DNA of 64,000 nucleotides, taken from Octopus sinensis (lineage: Eukaryota). Made by a program: the position numbers and the translations under genes. Below are positions 1 through 11,286 of the stretch, piece after piece (position 1 is the stretch's first letter; every line of letters begins with the position of its first letter). The notes under the pieces were generated by a model that was not told the DNA's origin, ran no database searches, and saw only the letters and a program-made list of their open reading frames with translations. Where the stretch lies: assembly GCF_006345805.1 (NCBI RefSeq), contig NC_043001.1, positions 80,290,001 to 80,354,000 on the forward strand, in the 5' to 3' direction.

Positions 1-2
1 AC

Positions 3-55
<53 letters not shown>

Positions 56-240
56 TGTATTTATGCATGTATATATGAGTGTATATAAGCCCAGACATGA
101 GAGAGATGCAAGAAATCTGACCCAAAAGAGCGAGTTAGTCTTCTCCAAGGGGGATACCTTGACAAAGCCCAGGGGCCTTTCGTTTCAACCAGCTAAACAC
201 TGAAACAAAGGCAAATACACACACACACACACACACACAC

Positions 241-352
241 TACCAAATCCACTCACAAAGCCGACCTGAGGTTACATTTGAGCACATTCCTAAGGTGCCA
301 CTTAATGGGACTGAATCCAGAACCATGTGGTTGGGCGTAAAGCTTCTTAACA
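241..352 (-). mobile_element. SINE family A (octopus-type tRNA/CORE-like SINE), degenerate head
   Basis: Reverse complement matches the head of the complete copies at 712-1150 and 40690-41020 (…ccaaccacatggtt…cagtccca…ggcacctt…tgtgagtggatttggta). Confidence 0.75.
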
Positions 353-552
353 CACACACACACATTACTGAATGGCCGTTGACTCTCTTTTGCCTTTCGA
401 CAGGTTTTGTGTTTTGTCCCGCAAAACATCCAATAAATCACCCTCTTCAGAAAGCTTGGTATGGTTACCGGTTTATTCGTCGATGATCCAATCATGCGAC
501 AGGTTGTACTGGGTTACATATTACCAGTAGCTCTTGAGAGCGACCAGATATA

Positions 553-585
<33 letters not shown>

Positions 586-711
586 TGTATGTATGTATGT
601 ATGTATGTATGTATGTATGTATGTACGCATGCATATGTGTATCTAGGTATGCATATGTGAGTTAAATGCGCTTTGTATTGAGTACTTCATCTTTTGTTAG
701 ACGTAGGACAA

Positions 712-1150
712 GGCTGTGTGGTAAGTAGCTATAAGCGTAGGAGTAGCTGTGTGGTAAGTAGCTTGCTTACCAACCACATAGTTCTTAATTCAGTCCCACT
801 GCGTGGCACCTTGGGGAAGTGTCTTCTACTATAGCCTCGAGCCGAATAAAGCCTTGTGAGTGGTTTTGGTAGACGGAAACTGAGAGAAGCCCGTCGTATA
901 CATGTATATATGTATATATATATGTACGTGTATGTATATGCTTGTGTGTCTGTGTTTGTCTCCCCAACATCGCTTAACAACCGACAGTGGTATGTTTACG
1001 CCCCCGCAGCTTAGCGGTTCGCCAAAAGGGACCGATGGAATAAGTACTAGGCTTACAAAGAATAAGTCCTAGGGTCGATTTGCTCGACTAAAGGCGGTGC
1101 TCCAGCATGGCCACAATCAAATGACTGAAACAAGTAAAAGAGTAAAAGAG
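712..1150 (+). mobile_element. SINE family A, full-length copy with internal (TA/TG)n microsatellite
   Basis: Head gtggtaagtagcttgcttaccaaccac…ggcaccttggggaagtgtctt (CORE-like ccttgggcaag motif), internal microsatellite at ~897-950, tail ending ccagcatggcc…gaaacaagtaaaagag. The first ~19 nt are duplicated at 712 and 745. Confidence 0.9.
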
Positions 1151-1477
1151 TAACGAGCAATTATTTATTTGTATACACCCACATACAAACAACACACACA
1201 CACACACCACACACACACGCATACCCAAATGTCTAAATATTTTTCGACAGTCACTGTTATATCAAAATTATGCTAAGATTTATTGTCGATGATATTTCGA
1301 GTATTATCCAAACGATTTTATAGTGATATTCATAGTAATATAGTTTATTGATATATCGTTGTTATATATATATATAGGTACCATTTTGTTTATCACTCTA
1401 TGCATAGAAATATTTGTGAGCACCGTGGAAAGGAAACATTTATAAAATGGCGGATAACGTTTCTTTATCATCTAGAG

Positions 1478-1720
1478 CAGCGGTCCCCAGCCATTTTGTT
1501 GCATCACGGGCCTGTTTCATACAAGACAATTTTTCCACGGAACGGAGAACCATTTGCATAACAAAACGCAATAAAGTGCATAGTATATAATTTAATTATT
1601 AGACATATAATACAAATAGTCACATATATAATACATTTATGGTGCAAAAATACTCTGCTGATTGCAATGTAGCCTAGTGGTGGTCGGCCCTTTTGTAGGT
1701 CCTGTGCATGTGAACCGTCT
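1478..1720. mobile_element. hAT (Charlie3/MER1-like, Buster group) transposon terminus
   Basis: Begins CAGCGGTCCCCAGCCATTTTG…AAGACAATTTTTCCACGGA, closely resembling the MER1/Charlie3 end as I recall it. Preceded by the 8-mer ATCTAGAG (nnnTAnnn, the Buster-type target). The other end was not found. Confidence 0.7.
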
Positions 1721-1859
1721 GAAGCACACTTTGTTGACCTGGAAGAGCCTGTACCCTTCTCTGATAGATTAATGGAACTTCGAATACCATGACTAGACTT
1801 GGGGTGAATACTGCAGTGGTTTCCTGTTGCCTTCTTAAGACAAGTGGGATTTGAACTTC

Positions 1860-2045
1860 GTATGTAGAGAGACGGAAGATATAAACCGTAAAGCATTTCT
1901 TCCGACGCACCAACGAAGCTGCCAAACTTTCATCTGCAGAGCAACGTCGAATAAAGTACTTTGCTCAAGAACACAACGTGCTGCCCTGTCCGGGAATCGA
2001 ACCCACAATCTGAGTGCAGCACTGTAACTACTAGGTGCGCGCATT
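1860..2045 (-). mobile_element. tRNA-derived SINE fragments (composite)
   Basis: Minus strand has B box GGGTTCGATTCCCGG followed by gttgtgttcttgagcaa, as in copies at 14430-14650 and 62590-62750, joined to a family B-like piece. Confidence 0.65.
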
Positions 2046-2574
2046 CACTTTTGTGCGGCGCGGTACGAAATGATCCGCAGCCCAGTACTTGTCTGCATCC
2101 CGGTAGGTGAAAATCCCTTACTTAGAGGAGGAATACGATGTTTATAAAATTTGCAATACCACCAAGAGCCCAAACTGATAGAATTCATACCTATAGTTAA
2201 TGATCAACTATATGTTATATGTGAAGGTCGTAACATAGTGGTAGTATGTTGCACTCTCGATCACAAGATCGTGGTTTCGATTCTCAGAGCGGTGCTGAGT
2301 TTTGTTCTTGTGCTTCATTTCATGTTGCTACAGTCTACTCAGCTGTAATAGAGTAACACTGTAACGTTTAGGGGTAGCGTTGTGGTCTCGGTCGCTTATA
2401 TTCTATGGAAACAGGTTATCCGAACATATGAGTCCTAGGGCCCAAGACAGATCTTGGGTCATGTTGAGGCACCACGATAAAGAACTTTAGTTAAACGAAT
2501 TGACTCCAAGACTTACTTTTATAAGCCTGGTAGTTTTTCGTTGGCCCCATTTTGCCGAAACGCTAGAGTACAGG

Positions 2575-3065
2575 GACAGGCGTGGCCATGTGATAAGAAG
2601 TTTGCTTCCCAACCCCATGTTTCCCAACCCCATGTTTCCCAACCCCATGTTTCCCAACCCCATGTTTCCCAACCCCATGTTTCTCAACCCCATGTTTCCC
2701 AACCCCATGTTTCCCAACCCCATGTTTCCCAACCCCATGTTTCCTCCCGTAAGTGTCTTCTACAGTAACCTCGGGCTGACCAAAGTCTTGTGAGTGGACT
2801 TGGGAAACGGAAACTGAAAGAAGCCCGTCGTATATATATATGTATGTATATATATCTATGTGTTTTTGTCTCTGTATCTGTGTTTGTCCCCCACCACCGC
2901 TTGGTTACTGGTGTTGGTGCGTTTACGTCTCTGTAAATTATTGGTTCGGCAAAAAAGACTGAATAGGTTCAAAACATAGTCCTAGGGTCGATTTCTTCGA
3001 TTAAAACCCTTCAAGTTGGTGCCCCAGCATGGCTGCAGTGAAATGACTGAAACAAGTAAGAAAAT
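2575..3065 (+). mobile_element. SINE family A with internal 15-bp minisatellite expansion
   Basis: SINE A head and tail are recognisable, and the B-box region is replaced by tandem repeats. Confidence 0.85.
2608..2742 (+). repeat. 9 x 15-bp minisatellite (CCCAACCCCATGTTT)
   Basis: Nine consecutive units, one with a C>T change. This explains the PNPMF, MGLGN and SQPHV ORFs. Confidence 0.97.
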
Positions 3066-3078
3066 AAAAAAATAACTA

Positions 3079-3130
<52 letters not shown>

Positions 3131-3133
<3 letters not shown>

Positions 3134-3300
3134 AGTGGCTGTTTATTAAGAAGCTTGCGTCTCAACCACTTGGTTCCGAGTTCAGTCCAACTGCGTGACA
3201 TCTTGGGCAAGTGTCTTCTACTATAGCCTCCGATCAACCAAAGTTTTGTCTGTGGATTTGGTAGACGGAAACTGAAAGAAACTCGTCGTATATATGTATA
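3131..3300 (+). mobile_element. SINE family A head (matching tail at 5020-5270; split by PLE insertion)
   Basis: Head sequence runs into the internal microsatellite, and the tail resumes after the microsatellite at ~5020. Confidence 0.8.
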
Positions 3301-3403
3301 TACATATATGTGTGTGTGTGTGTGGTGTGGTGGTGGTGTTGTGTGTGTGTATGTGTAGAAAATGTGAAAGAGGTACAGTGAACATGCCGTGAGGAGTGGA
3401 ATA

Positions 3404-3437
3404 CCCAACGTTTCAGATTCAATCCTTGGTCAGGAGG
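3404..3437 (-). ncRNA. Degenerate minimal hammerhead ribozyme motif
   Basis: CUGACCA (G8C change)-AGGAUU/AAUCU-GAAACGUU in the PLE 3' region. Confidence 0.55.
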
Positions 3438-3789
3438 CAAAGAAAAAGAGAAGAAAAGGAGAATAAAGTCAAACAATTTACATCCTTTCAGCTTGAACAA
3501 CTGGATGCAACTAATAATTGATGCAGAATAGCGCGGGCTGCTAACGTAAAACAGAAGTAATAGGAGAAGGTGTGCAGAAAGGAGAAGGAAAAGGATGATG
3601 GAGAGAGTAGAGGTAAGTATTGGAATGTTGCGGAGAGAGTGTAAAAGGAGGATTAAAAAGTGTAAAATAGAATTAAGAGGAGGTGAAAGAATGAAAGGAA
3701 AAATATTCATCCATACATGTCGGGGACAGCGGCAAGATCAAATATGAGACGCTGCTCCTTTTGTTTCCTACAGAAGTGCGGTCCGTGGT

Positions 3790-4275
3790 GCAAGATTGAA
3801 GAGTCCGCCATCCAAGTAATAGTGCATATTGATGGAAGGTGAGAGTAGTGACATTTCGTCGAATATGGCAGCCATGTACTAAGAGAAACAGGTTGGTGCC
3901 AGGACGCATCCTTGCTTAAGAATCCCAGTGATAGGAAACGGGTCATTTTTGTGAGGGCATTTTGATGGTATAACCTACCCACCATACTGTCGTGAAGGGA
4001 GTGGACCAGGACAATGAAGTCCTCCGGATATCCAAACTGGGCAAGGAACGAGAGACATTGCAGAACGAGAGACCTTGTCAAAGTCGTTCTTTAGATCCCA
4101 GAAGATGAACATTGCAAGCTGTCGTTGTTCCTGACATTTCTGGAGTTGACGAGCACAAAAGTCCATGTCAATTGTGGCTGGAGAGGGTCGAAATCCACAC
4201 TGAGACTCAGGGAGGATGTCTTCTGCGAGGATGCAGAGGCGTGGAGGCGATTGAATAAGATACAAAACGGGATAA
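3790..4275 (-). pseudogene. RTE/BovB-clade reverse transcriptase internal fragment
   Basis: Frameshifted CILFNRL…AEDILPESQCGFRP…DMDFCARQLQ…IFWDLKNDFDKVSR…QFGYPEDFIVLVHSLHDSM…KQGCVLAPT…LDGGLFNL, typical RTE RT motifs. Confidence 0.92.
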
Positions 4276-5019
4276 ATCTGCAATAGAATGATTCACAGTG
4301 TTGAAGTAGGTAGCGACAGGTTGGCCTGGCATACGAAGAATTATGCTTCTGATGTGTTCGCGAAAGCGATCCCCAAGGCATCGCCCTGTATCTCTAAGGT
4401 AAAGAGCACTGCAGAGTTTGCATATGATGCAATATCTGAGATTCGCCGAAGTGCAACAGAAGTGGTATGTTATGTGATATTACTTCTTGGGCTCCGTAAT
4501 GGTAGTAATAGTGTTGATGTAGGGGTATGTGTTACATCGTTGGCGAGAAGGTTCTTGGTTGCGCGGAGCTGGAAGCTGTGACGCTTCTAACGAGGAGATT
4601 TCTAAGACTCTTATCTTTTTTGAAAGACATGAGTGGTGGTGCGGAAAAGATAGGGGTGGTTGTTGGGTCAGAAAGAATGCAAAAGTTGTGGGTGAGTTTG
4701 TGCTTAAGAGGGAGGATAGACGGGTGATACGTGAGAGAGAGTGGGATACGGTCGGTGGAAGTGCGGGAAGATGCTTGGAGAGCTACGGTGCGGTTGATGG
4801 CTTGGGCTCGGGGGAGTGCCGAGTCGAAAACTAATGGAGGATACTCTCGATTTTGAAAAAACTGTCGCATCGTTTTGCAATGGGATTCGAAATCCGAATT
4901 CATGCTGCTAAGTCGTCGAAGGCGAAGACATTGAGAGAAAGGTATAGTAGATTTAATGTGTTTGGAATGAGAGGAAGAGTAGTGGATGTGGGAGTGGGGG
5001 GTTCAGTAGGTTTACATAT

Positions 5020-5270
5020 GTATCTATGTATGTGTGTATGTATGCATGTGAGTATGTATGTATTTGTGTGTCTGTGTTTGTCCCCGCACCATTGCTTGAC
5101 GTCCGATGTTGATGTGTTTATATCCCTGTAACTTAGATCGGATAGAATAAGTACTAGGCTTGCAAAGAATAAGTCCCGGGGTCGATTTATTCGACTAAAG
5201 GCAGTGCTCCAGCATGGCTGCAGTCAAATCACGGAAACAAGTAAAAAAAATAAAAGAATAAAAGAATATA
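5020..5270 (+). mobile_element. SINE family A tail
   Basis: tgtgtttgtcccc…gaataagtactaggc…ggggtcgattt…ccagcatggctgcagtcaaat…aaacaagtaaaa. Confidence 0.85.
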
Positions 5271-5284
5271 TATAAATAAATGTA

Positions 5285-5461
5285 GGCGCAGGCGTGACCT
5301 TGTGGTAAGATGCTTGTTTCCAAACTACATAGTTCCGGGTTCAGTCTCACCGCACGGAACCTAAGGCTAGTGCCTTCTACGGTAGTCTCGGGCTGACCAA
5401 GTCCTTGTGAGTGGATGTGGTAGAAGAAAACTGCAAAGACCCATCGCATATATGTATGTAT

Positions 5462-5535
<74 letters not shown>

Positions 5536-5995
5536 CAGTTAATCTTACAACCTCTTTGTACACCCCCCTTTTGATGTTTGGGAATTCTCTGATGTTTTTT
5601 CGGCTGACGAGTACGAGCCATCTGTATTCACTGCATTTTTTGTAGCTTATTAAAGATGTCCTCGTACGAAACGATCGTACCGAGATTTTAATCCATTCTT
5701 GTTGCTTTTTTCCTATTTGTAATCACCCCACTTGTCGTATGGTTAACACCATATAGATTTCCGGTGCATCCTAGTTAAGGACCATATTCATGTGAATTCT
5801 TTAGAATTCACTTGAATCTCAATTACTTAACCGTATATATATCCCCGTAACCTAGTGGTTCGGCAAAAGAAACCGATAGAAAAATTACTAGGCTTACAAA
5901 GAATAAGTCCTGGGTGTCGATTTCTTCGACTAAAACCTTTTAAGGCGGTGCTCCAGCATCACCGCAGTCAAATGACAGAAATAAGTAAAAATAAT
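5285..5995 (+). mobile_element. SINE family A split by a hammerhead-bearing insert (head 5285-5450, tail 5835-5995)
   Basis: Head and tail match family A. The (TA)n tract plus an unrelated ~260-bp segment lies between them. Confidence 0.8.
5598..5685 (+). ncRNA. Type I hammerhead ribozyme, intact core, long stem II loop
   Basis: Stem I UUUCGG/CCGAGA; CUGACGA 5604-5610; stem II GUACGAG/CUCGUAC (7 bp perfect); GAAA 5668-5671; palindromic stem III CGAUCG; GUA cleavage triplet ending at 5679. Confidence 0.85.
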
Positions 5996-6059
5996 AGAAA
6001 AGTTATATGTATAATATATATATATATATTATATATATATTATATATATATATATATAT

Positions 6060-6190
6060 GACGAGCTACTTTCAGTTTTTATCCATCATATCTACTCACA
6101 AGGCTTTGGTTGGCCAGAGGCTATATAAGAAATTTGCCCAAAGTCTCAGACGTAGCAAATTCTAGACCAAAAGCGTTCCGACCGTGACAC
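6060..6190 (-). mobile_element. SINE family A head, degenerate
   Basis: ctttcagttt…ctactcacaaggctttggttggcc…ttgcccaa matches the family A reverse complement. Confidence 0.7.
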
Positions 6191-6396
6191 ACATGTCTGC
6201 TTATATACAAATGTGACCTATTACTTTTTAAAACTGTAAGGGCGTGGTTTGTAAAAGATTTTACTGTTATTTCTAACTACATTAATGACTACATTGAGGT
6301 AAGCTATTTGATAGATTTACAAAAAGATATAGTCAAGATAGAATTTTGTTGTCAACATTATTATTATTATTAATTCTATTATTATGATTATTATCA

Positions 6397-6738
6397 TTCA
6401 GTAGTTTTATTTTTATAATGTGCTTTCACTTCACTACCGAGCGCAGCTCTGTGTGCCTTGGGTATGTGCTGTGATTTGTTGTGATGCTCTTATGGTTACT
6501 GTATTGAAAGTGTTCTGCGTAGGATGTGTGCAGTGCCTAGTAGTGCAATTTTCTGTATGTTATATGTGTTTGTAAGTCCTGGTGTTTTTGTTATGTATTT
6601 GTCTGAATATTTTTTTATCATGCCTAATGCACCTACTATGATAGGAATTGTTTCTGTTTTTAGATTCCACATTCTAGTTACCTCTATTCCCAGGTCTTTT
6701 CTTTTAGACACGTTGTCATCTGCTGGTATTGATACATC
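6397..6738 (-). mobile_element. R4/Dong-type (restriction-like endonuclease) non-LTR retrotransposon, 5'-truncated 3' end
   Basis: ORF 6496-6750: IDVSIPADDNV…KDLGIEVTRMWNLKTETIPIIVGALG…QKIALLGTAHILRR, the C-terminal REL domain, plus a ~100-nt 3' UTR. Flanked on both sides by (ATT)n. Confidence 0.88.
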
Positions 6739-6746
6739 AATTATTA

Positions 6747-6805
<59 letters not shown>

Positions 6806-7410
6806 TATTATTATTATTATCATCATCATCATCATCATTATCATTATCATTATTGTAGTTGTTGTTTTCATTGTCAGTATTAAGATTATTACATTATTAT
6901 ATTCATTTGTTTTCATTGAAGATGGTTCTCTTTTAAGGTGTGGTACGTCTAAGAGCATTATGTTTTCAAATACGTGTACTTGGCTGGATTAAATCAACTC
7001 CTTACCCATCTGCCATTTTGTGTGTGTGTGTGTGTGTCTTTGTGTGTGCATGTGTGTGCACATGTGTAGAGCTGTGTGTCAGTGCCAGAGATCAGAATTA
7101 ATAACTGTAGTGTCAAATGTCTAATTAATAATATTTTACCTAATTATATCAGTTATGTCTACTTTTAGAGGATTAAAAAAACATAAAAGGAAACGATCGG
7201 CCATTTTGTGTAGGGGTACATGTGTGTTAATGGGAACTTGTATTTGTTAATGTTTGTATATGTATATGAGTGTGTGTGTGTGTGTATGTGTGTGTGGTAT
7301 ACTTTCATTTCAGATTGCAAAACGAAGCAGCTAACGACAAAGAGGGAAAAGACACACAATTATACAAACACGCATATATATATATACACATATATATATA
7401 TATTCATATA

Positions 7411-7457
<47 letters not shown>

Positions 7458-8093
7458 TAGATAACTATATAGATATAGCTACATGTATTTATATATATGT
7501 GTGTGTGTGTATATGTATGCATTTTTGTATGTATGTATTTATATATATGTATGTATATATATATATATATAAATATATATATATGCATATGCATGTATGT
7601 ATGTAATGTATGTATGTAATGTATAATTAATGAAGATGTAGAGAGCGAGACGAGTAAGAGAAGTGAACGGAAGATAAGGAAGATGTCAAGTAAAAAGAAG
7701 GGAGCAACTGAAAGACGGGAGAAGGGGGTGGGTTGGTTCTTTCGTGTCGATGGATTTGCATCGTTGCTTTGAATCGAGGAATATAAGAAATAAGATGAGC
7801 CAACGAGACAAAGTAAGAACTAGAGGTGGGGAAGGGGAAAGGATGAGAGAGAAGAGTGTGATGCACGTCTATCTGTAGTTACCTCAAGAGAAAGGGGCCT
7901 ATAAGTGAGAAGGAAAACACGCACACACATGCACATACACACACACACATCTATATAAATATATATAAAATATATGTGTGTGCGGGTGTGTGTATTAAAA
8001 GACGGACAAGATGATAAATACATAGATGCATATATATATACATATATATATATATATTTAGACACAGATGTATATATACATACATACACACAC

Positions 8094-8147
<54 letters not shown>

Positions 8148-8857
8148 ATATATAAATACATATATATATATACACATACGTATATATATATATATATATA
8201 CACATACATATGTGTGTCTGCGTGTCTATTTGTTTCTGTGTGAGTGTGTGCGGGTTTCTGCGTTGATATATTGATACATACATTACATAGGGTGAATATA
8301 ATGTCTCTGTGTGTGCTGTGGTGTGTGTGGGAGAGAAAGAGGGAGAGAGAGAGCGAGAGAGGGAAAATCACATATGTGAGTGTGTGTTTGTAAGTTTGTA
8401 TGTATGCATATAGATTGCTATACATATATGAATTCTGTATACATACTGTATATATATAATATAAAGAGAAACAAAGAGACAGAGGGACAGAAACAGGGAG
8501 AGAGAGAGAGATAGATGCATATATATATATAATATAATTATATATATATATATAATATATATATATAATTCTTAAAGCATATACATACATTTGACGCAAG
8601 AGAAAGAATGGCAGCAGGGATTTCTCTTTGAACATCCGGTGCCTTTTTTATCGCTACAATAAATGATGTCGATGATCAAGAGAGGGGTTGGTGCGAACCC
8701 ATAAATCTACTCACACTGTTTGCGCGTGCGCGCGGAGCTGCAAGCCTATGGGTGGTGTATTGTGGCAATCGGTAAGATGTATGGAAGTACCGAGGGGCTG
8801 TACCTGTGCTTCCGAATATATATATACATACATACAATAATATATATATTTATATAT

Positions 8858-8926
<69 letters not shown>

Positions 8927-9402
8927 CATTATATTATACATATATATAATATATATATAATATATAATATATATATATATATAATACATATATATATATA
9001 TACATACATACATACATACATGCATACATACATGCATAAATACATGCATACATATATTTAGGCATGCTTACGCATATGCGTACAGGCTTCCTATAGAGGC
9101 ACATATATAGACGCGTACGGACCATTATAACATTTCCAAAAGGATGGGTGATACGTAATATACAGAAGCGAATAATTCTAATTTGTGCATCTTTATGTAT
9201 ACATGTATGTACGTACATATGAATGTATGAATGGATGGATGTTTATATATATGTATGTGTATGTGTGTGTGTGTGTGTATCAATCTATTCATGTTTGTAT
9301 GTGTTTAGGCACAAGCAGACGCATTAACGAACACGCACTCATACACCGACACACGTATATACATTTTACCATATATGTGTGTGTATATATACATTATATA
9401 TC

Positions 9403-9466
<64 letters not shown>

Positions 9467-9480
9467 CCACATATATATAT

Positions 9481-9514
<34 letters not shown>

Positions 9515-9722
9515 CACACAATATATATATGTATGTGTGTGTTGGGTGTGTGTGAGGGTGAAAGAAGTGAAGCAGCTTGAGCATGTCTGCATGCATGATA
9601 CGCGCAGGCAAGCAGCAACCCCGTGAATGTAGAAGGATGATTCAGCGCCAATGACACATAGTGCTCCCTCAATTTAATGGCATATAATATACGCATATAT
9701 ACATGTATATATAATGTATATA

Positions 9723-9753
<31 letters not shown>

Positions 9754-9800
9754 GCATATTATATTGTATGTATATATAATATATATATATATATATTATA

Positions 9801-9841
<41 letters not shown>

Positions 9842-10342
9842 TATGTGTATGTGTGTATGTAGGATATTGCTATATGACCTCGGCTCCATTAGCCGTTCCT
9901 TGAAACGCTTCCTGTTTTATTTATTATCCGATTTTGCCTCCAACAGACACGTTAGAACTCCTTTCTTCTTCTTACGACAGACTAAATTATTCCCCTTTGT
10001 GACCTCATCTGTCCCTCTTAATATCTATTTGTTTATTTATCTATGCATTTATTAGCAACTTAGTATACTTTGTATATAATATACATGTCTTCAGTTTTTT
10101 TTTTGCTACTTTGGCTATACCAGGGTCAAAATTTTCAAGGTCATTAGATGGTCTTATTGATGCAAGTATCAATTTTTAATTGGATAGTTATATTATGAAC
10201 CTCTGTCGAATCTCAAAATTATAGGACTTCAATCTGCGCATTGACACTGGAGTCTAGAATGGTATAAACACAAACGTATACTTAAACAGACACCATACGT
10301 GCACACACGCACGTACACACACCACACATACTATATATATAT

Positions 10343-10379
<37 letters not shown>

Positions 10380-10387
<8 letters not shown>

Positions 10388-10800
10388 GAAACCACTATTA
10401 TGCAATTCAAACAATGATAGACATAATTCAAATCATAAATAAAAAATGAAATATATCTTTTTAAAACATATATCTAGGTCCCAAAATGTACAAAAAGGAG
10501 TAAAAAATCTATAATAAGTAAAGAAATACGTACGATGCTTGACTATAATTTAAATTCGAATTACAATTAAATTTGAATTTAAATTTCATCGAAAAACAAT
10601 TCAATTCAAAATTATAGTCACTCTTCAGGTTAACAATAATAATAACAGTAATAGTTAAGTAAATAACCAAATAGAATTAAACAATATTTCTTAAAAAATA
10701 AAATCATGATTATTCTTATAGAAGAAACTCCATTAACTAAATTAGAAATTTAAAACATTAGGACCCGATGCCTACAATACATTTATTATGTTAAATATTT
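10380..10800 (-). mobile_element. PLE-type terminus with degenerate hammerhead (10525-10631), ending in (TA)n
   Basis: Minus strand: CUGAAGA (10622-10628), 12-bp stem UGACUAUAAUUU/AAAUUAUAGUCA, decayed GAAA box, CGUACG stem III. The terminus tattagagaaaccac resembles that at 49564. Confidence 0.55.
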
Positions 10801-10822
10801 AAGGTAAAAAATATATATTCAG

Positions 10823-11007
10823 ATAAAGGAGGCAGTTAGAATTTTCGACAATTATTTCTTAGCGCGCTTTCATCCATTCATGAGGATTTTTCAAAATAAA
10901 TTTTATGAAAAGTTTCTTGGCTTTTATACAAATGAAGAGGAGGAGAGGTGAAAGAGAAAAGAAAGCATTAATAAAGAATTATCCAAAATTCCGACTGCCT
11001 CCTTTAT
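10823..11007. mobile_element. Short MITE-like element
   Basis: Imperfect 23-bp terminal inverted repeats ATAAAGGAGGCAGTTAGAATTTT / AAAATTCCGACTGCCTCCTTTAT. Confidence 0.6.
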
Positions 11008-11238
11008 ATTAATATACAATATCTGTACATTACTTCAAACCCCCTCCCAGACCTCAGCTAGGAAGTTTCTTACGGCCTGTGCTATTGCTGAAAAGTCGGT
11101 CAACTTATACTAGATTCACCCGTCCTGAAAATGCAATATCCTTACGTATCTCACGTCTATTTTCATTCCTCCACTTCACTCTGTATTTCATATCTTCTCT
11201 ATAATAACTATTCCTTAAACATTTTCTTTTCTCGCACC

Positions 11239-11286
11239 GTCTCAGATGAATGGATAAATAAAATATCCCGGAAACAGCTGTAAGAC
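11239..11286 (+). ncRNA. Minimal hammerhead motif ('CAGCUG' family), core mutated
   Basis: GUCU-CAGAUGA-…GGAUA/UAUCC…-GAAA-CAGCUG-UA-AGAC. Same element as 20160-20290. Confidence 0.65.

Larger units (their letters stand above)
3370..5015 (-). mobile_element. Penelope-like element (RT C-terminus + GIY-YIG endonuclease + 3' region), 5'-truncated, degenerate
   Basis: Minus-strand translation gives SQCLRLRR…QNREYP…RIPLSLTYHP…KDKSLRNLLVRS (ORF 4532-4903), CTSANLRYCIICKLCSALY…GDRFREHI…PVATYFNTVNHSIADL and, after an insert, RKQKEQRLIFDL. A pyrimidine-rich 3' region and a hammerhead remnant follow. Confidence 0.9.

Noticed and set aside
158-199. Minus-strand 42-nt exon candidate (tttgtttcag|…CAAG|gtatcc; FSWLKRKAPGLCQ)
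   Set aside because: Good splice-like signals but short, isolated and unrecognised, so not supportable without RNA data.
1504-1925. Overlapping ORFs as a possible hAT transposase
   Set aside because: No transposase motif in any frame, and the ORFs span an hAT end and SINE fragments.
2487-2793. Pentapeptide-repeat ORFs (PNPMF, MGLGN, SQPHV)
   Set aside because: A 15-bp minisatellite inside a SINE, open in several frames on both strands.
7820-9889. Long ORFs rich in YI/IY/VC/TH dipeptides (here and at 23190-23670, 33206-33662, 36397-36934, 54188-54734, 56883-57722, 58311-59154)
   Set aside because: These are translations of (TA)n, (TG)n and (TACA)n tracts that lack stops in some frames, and contain no protein motifs.
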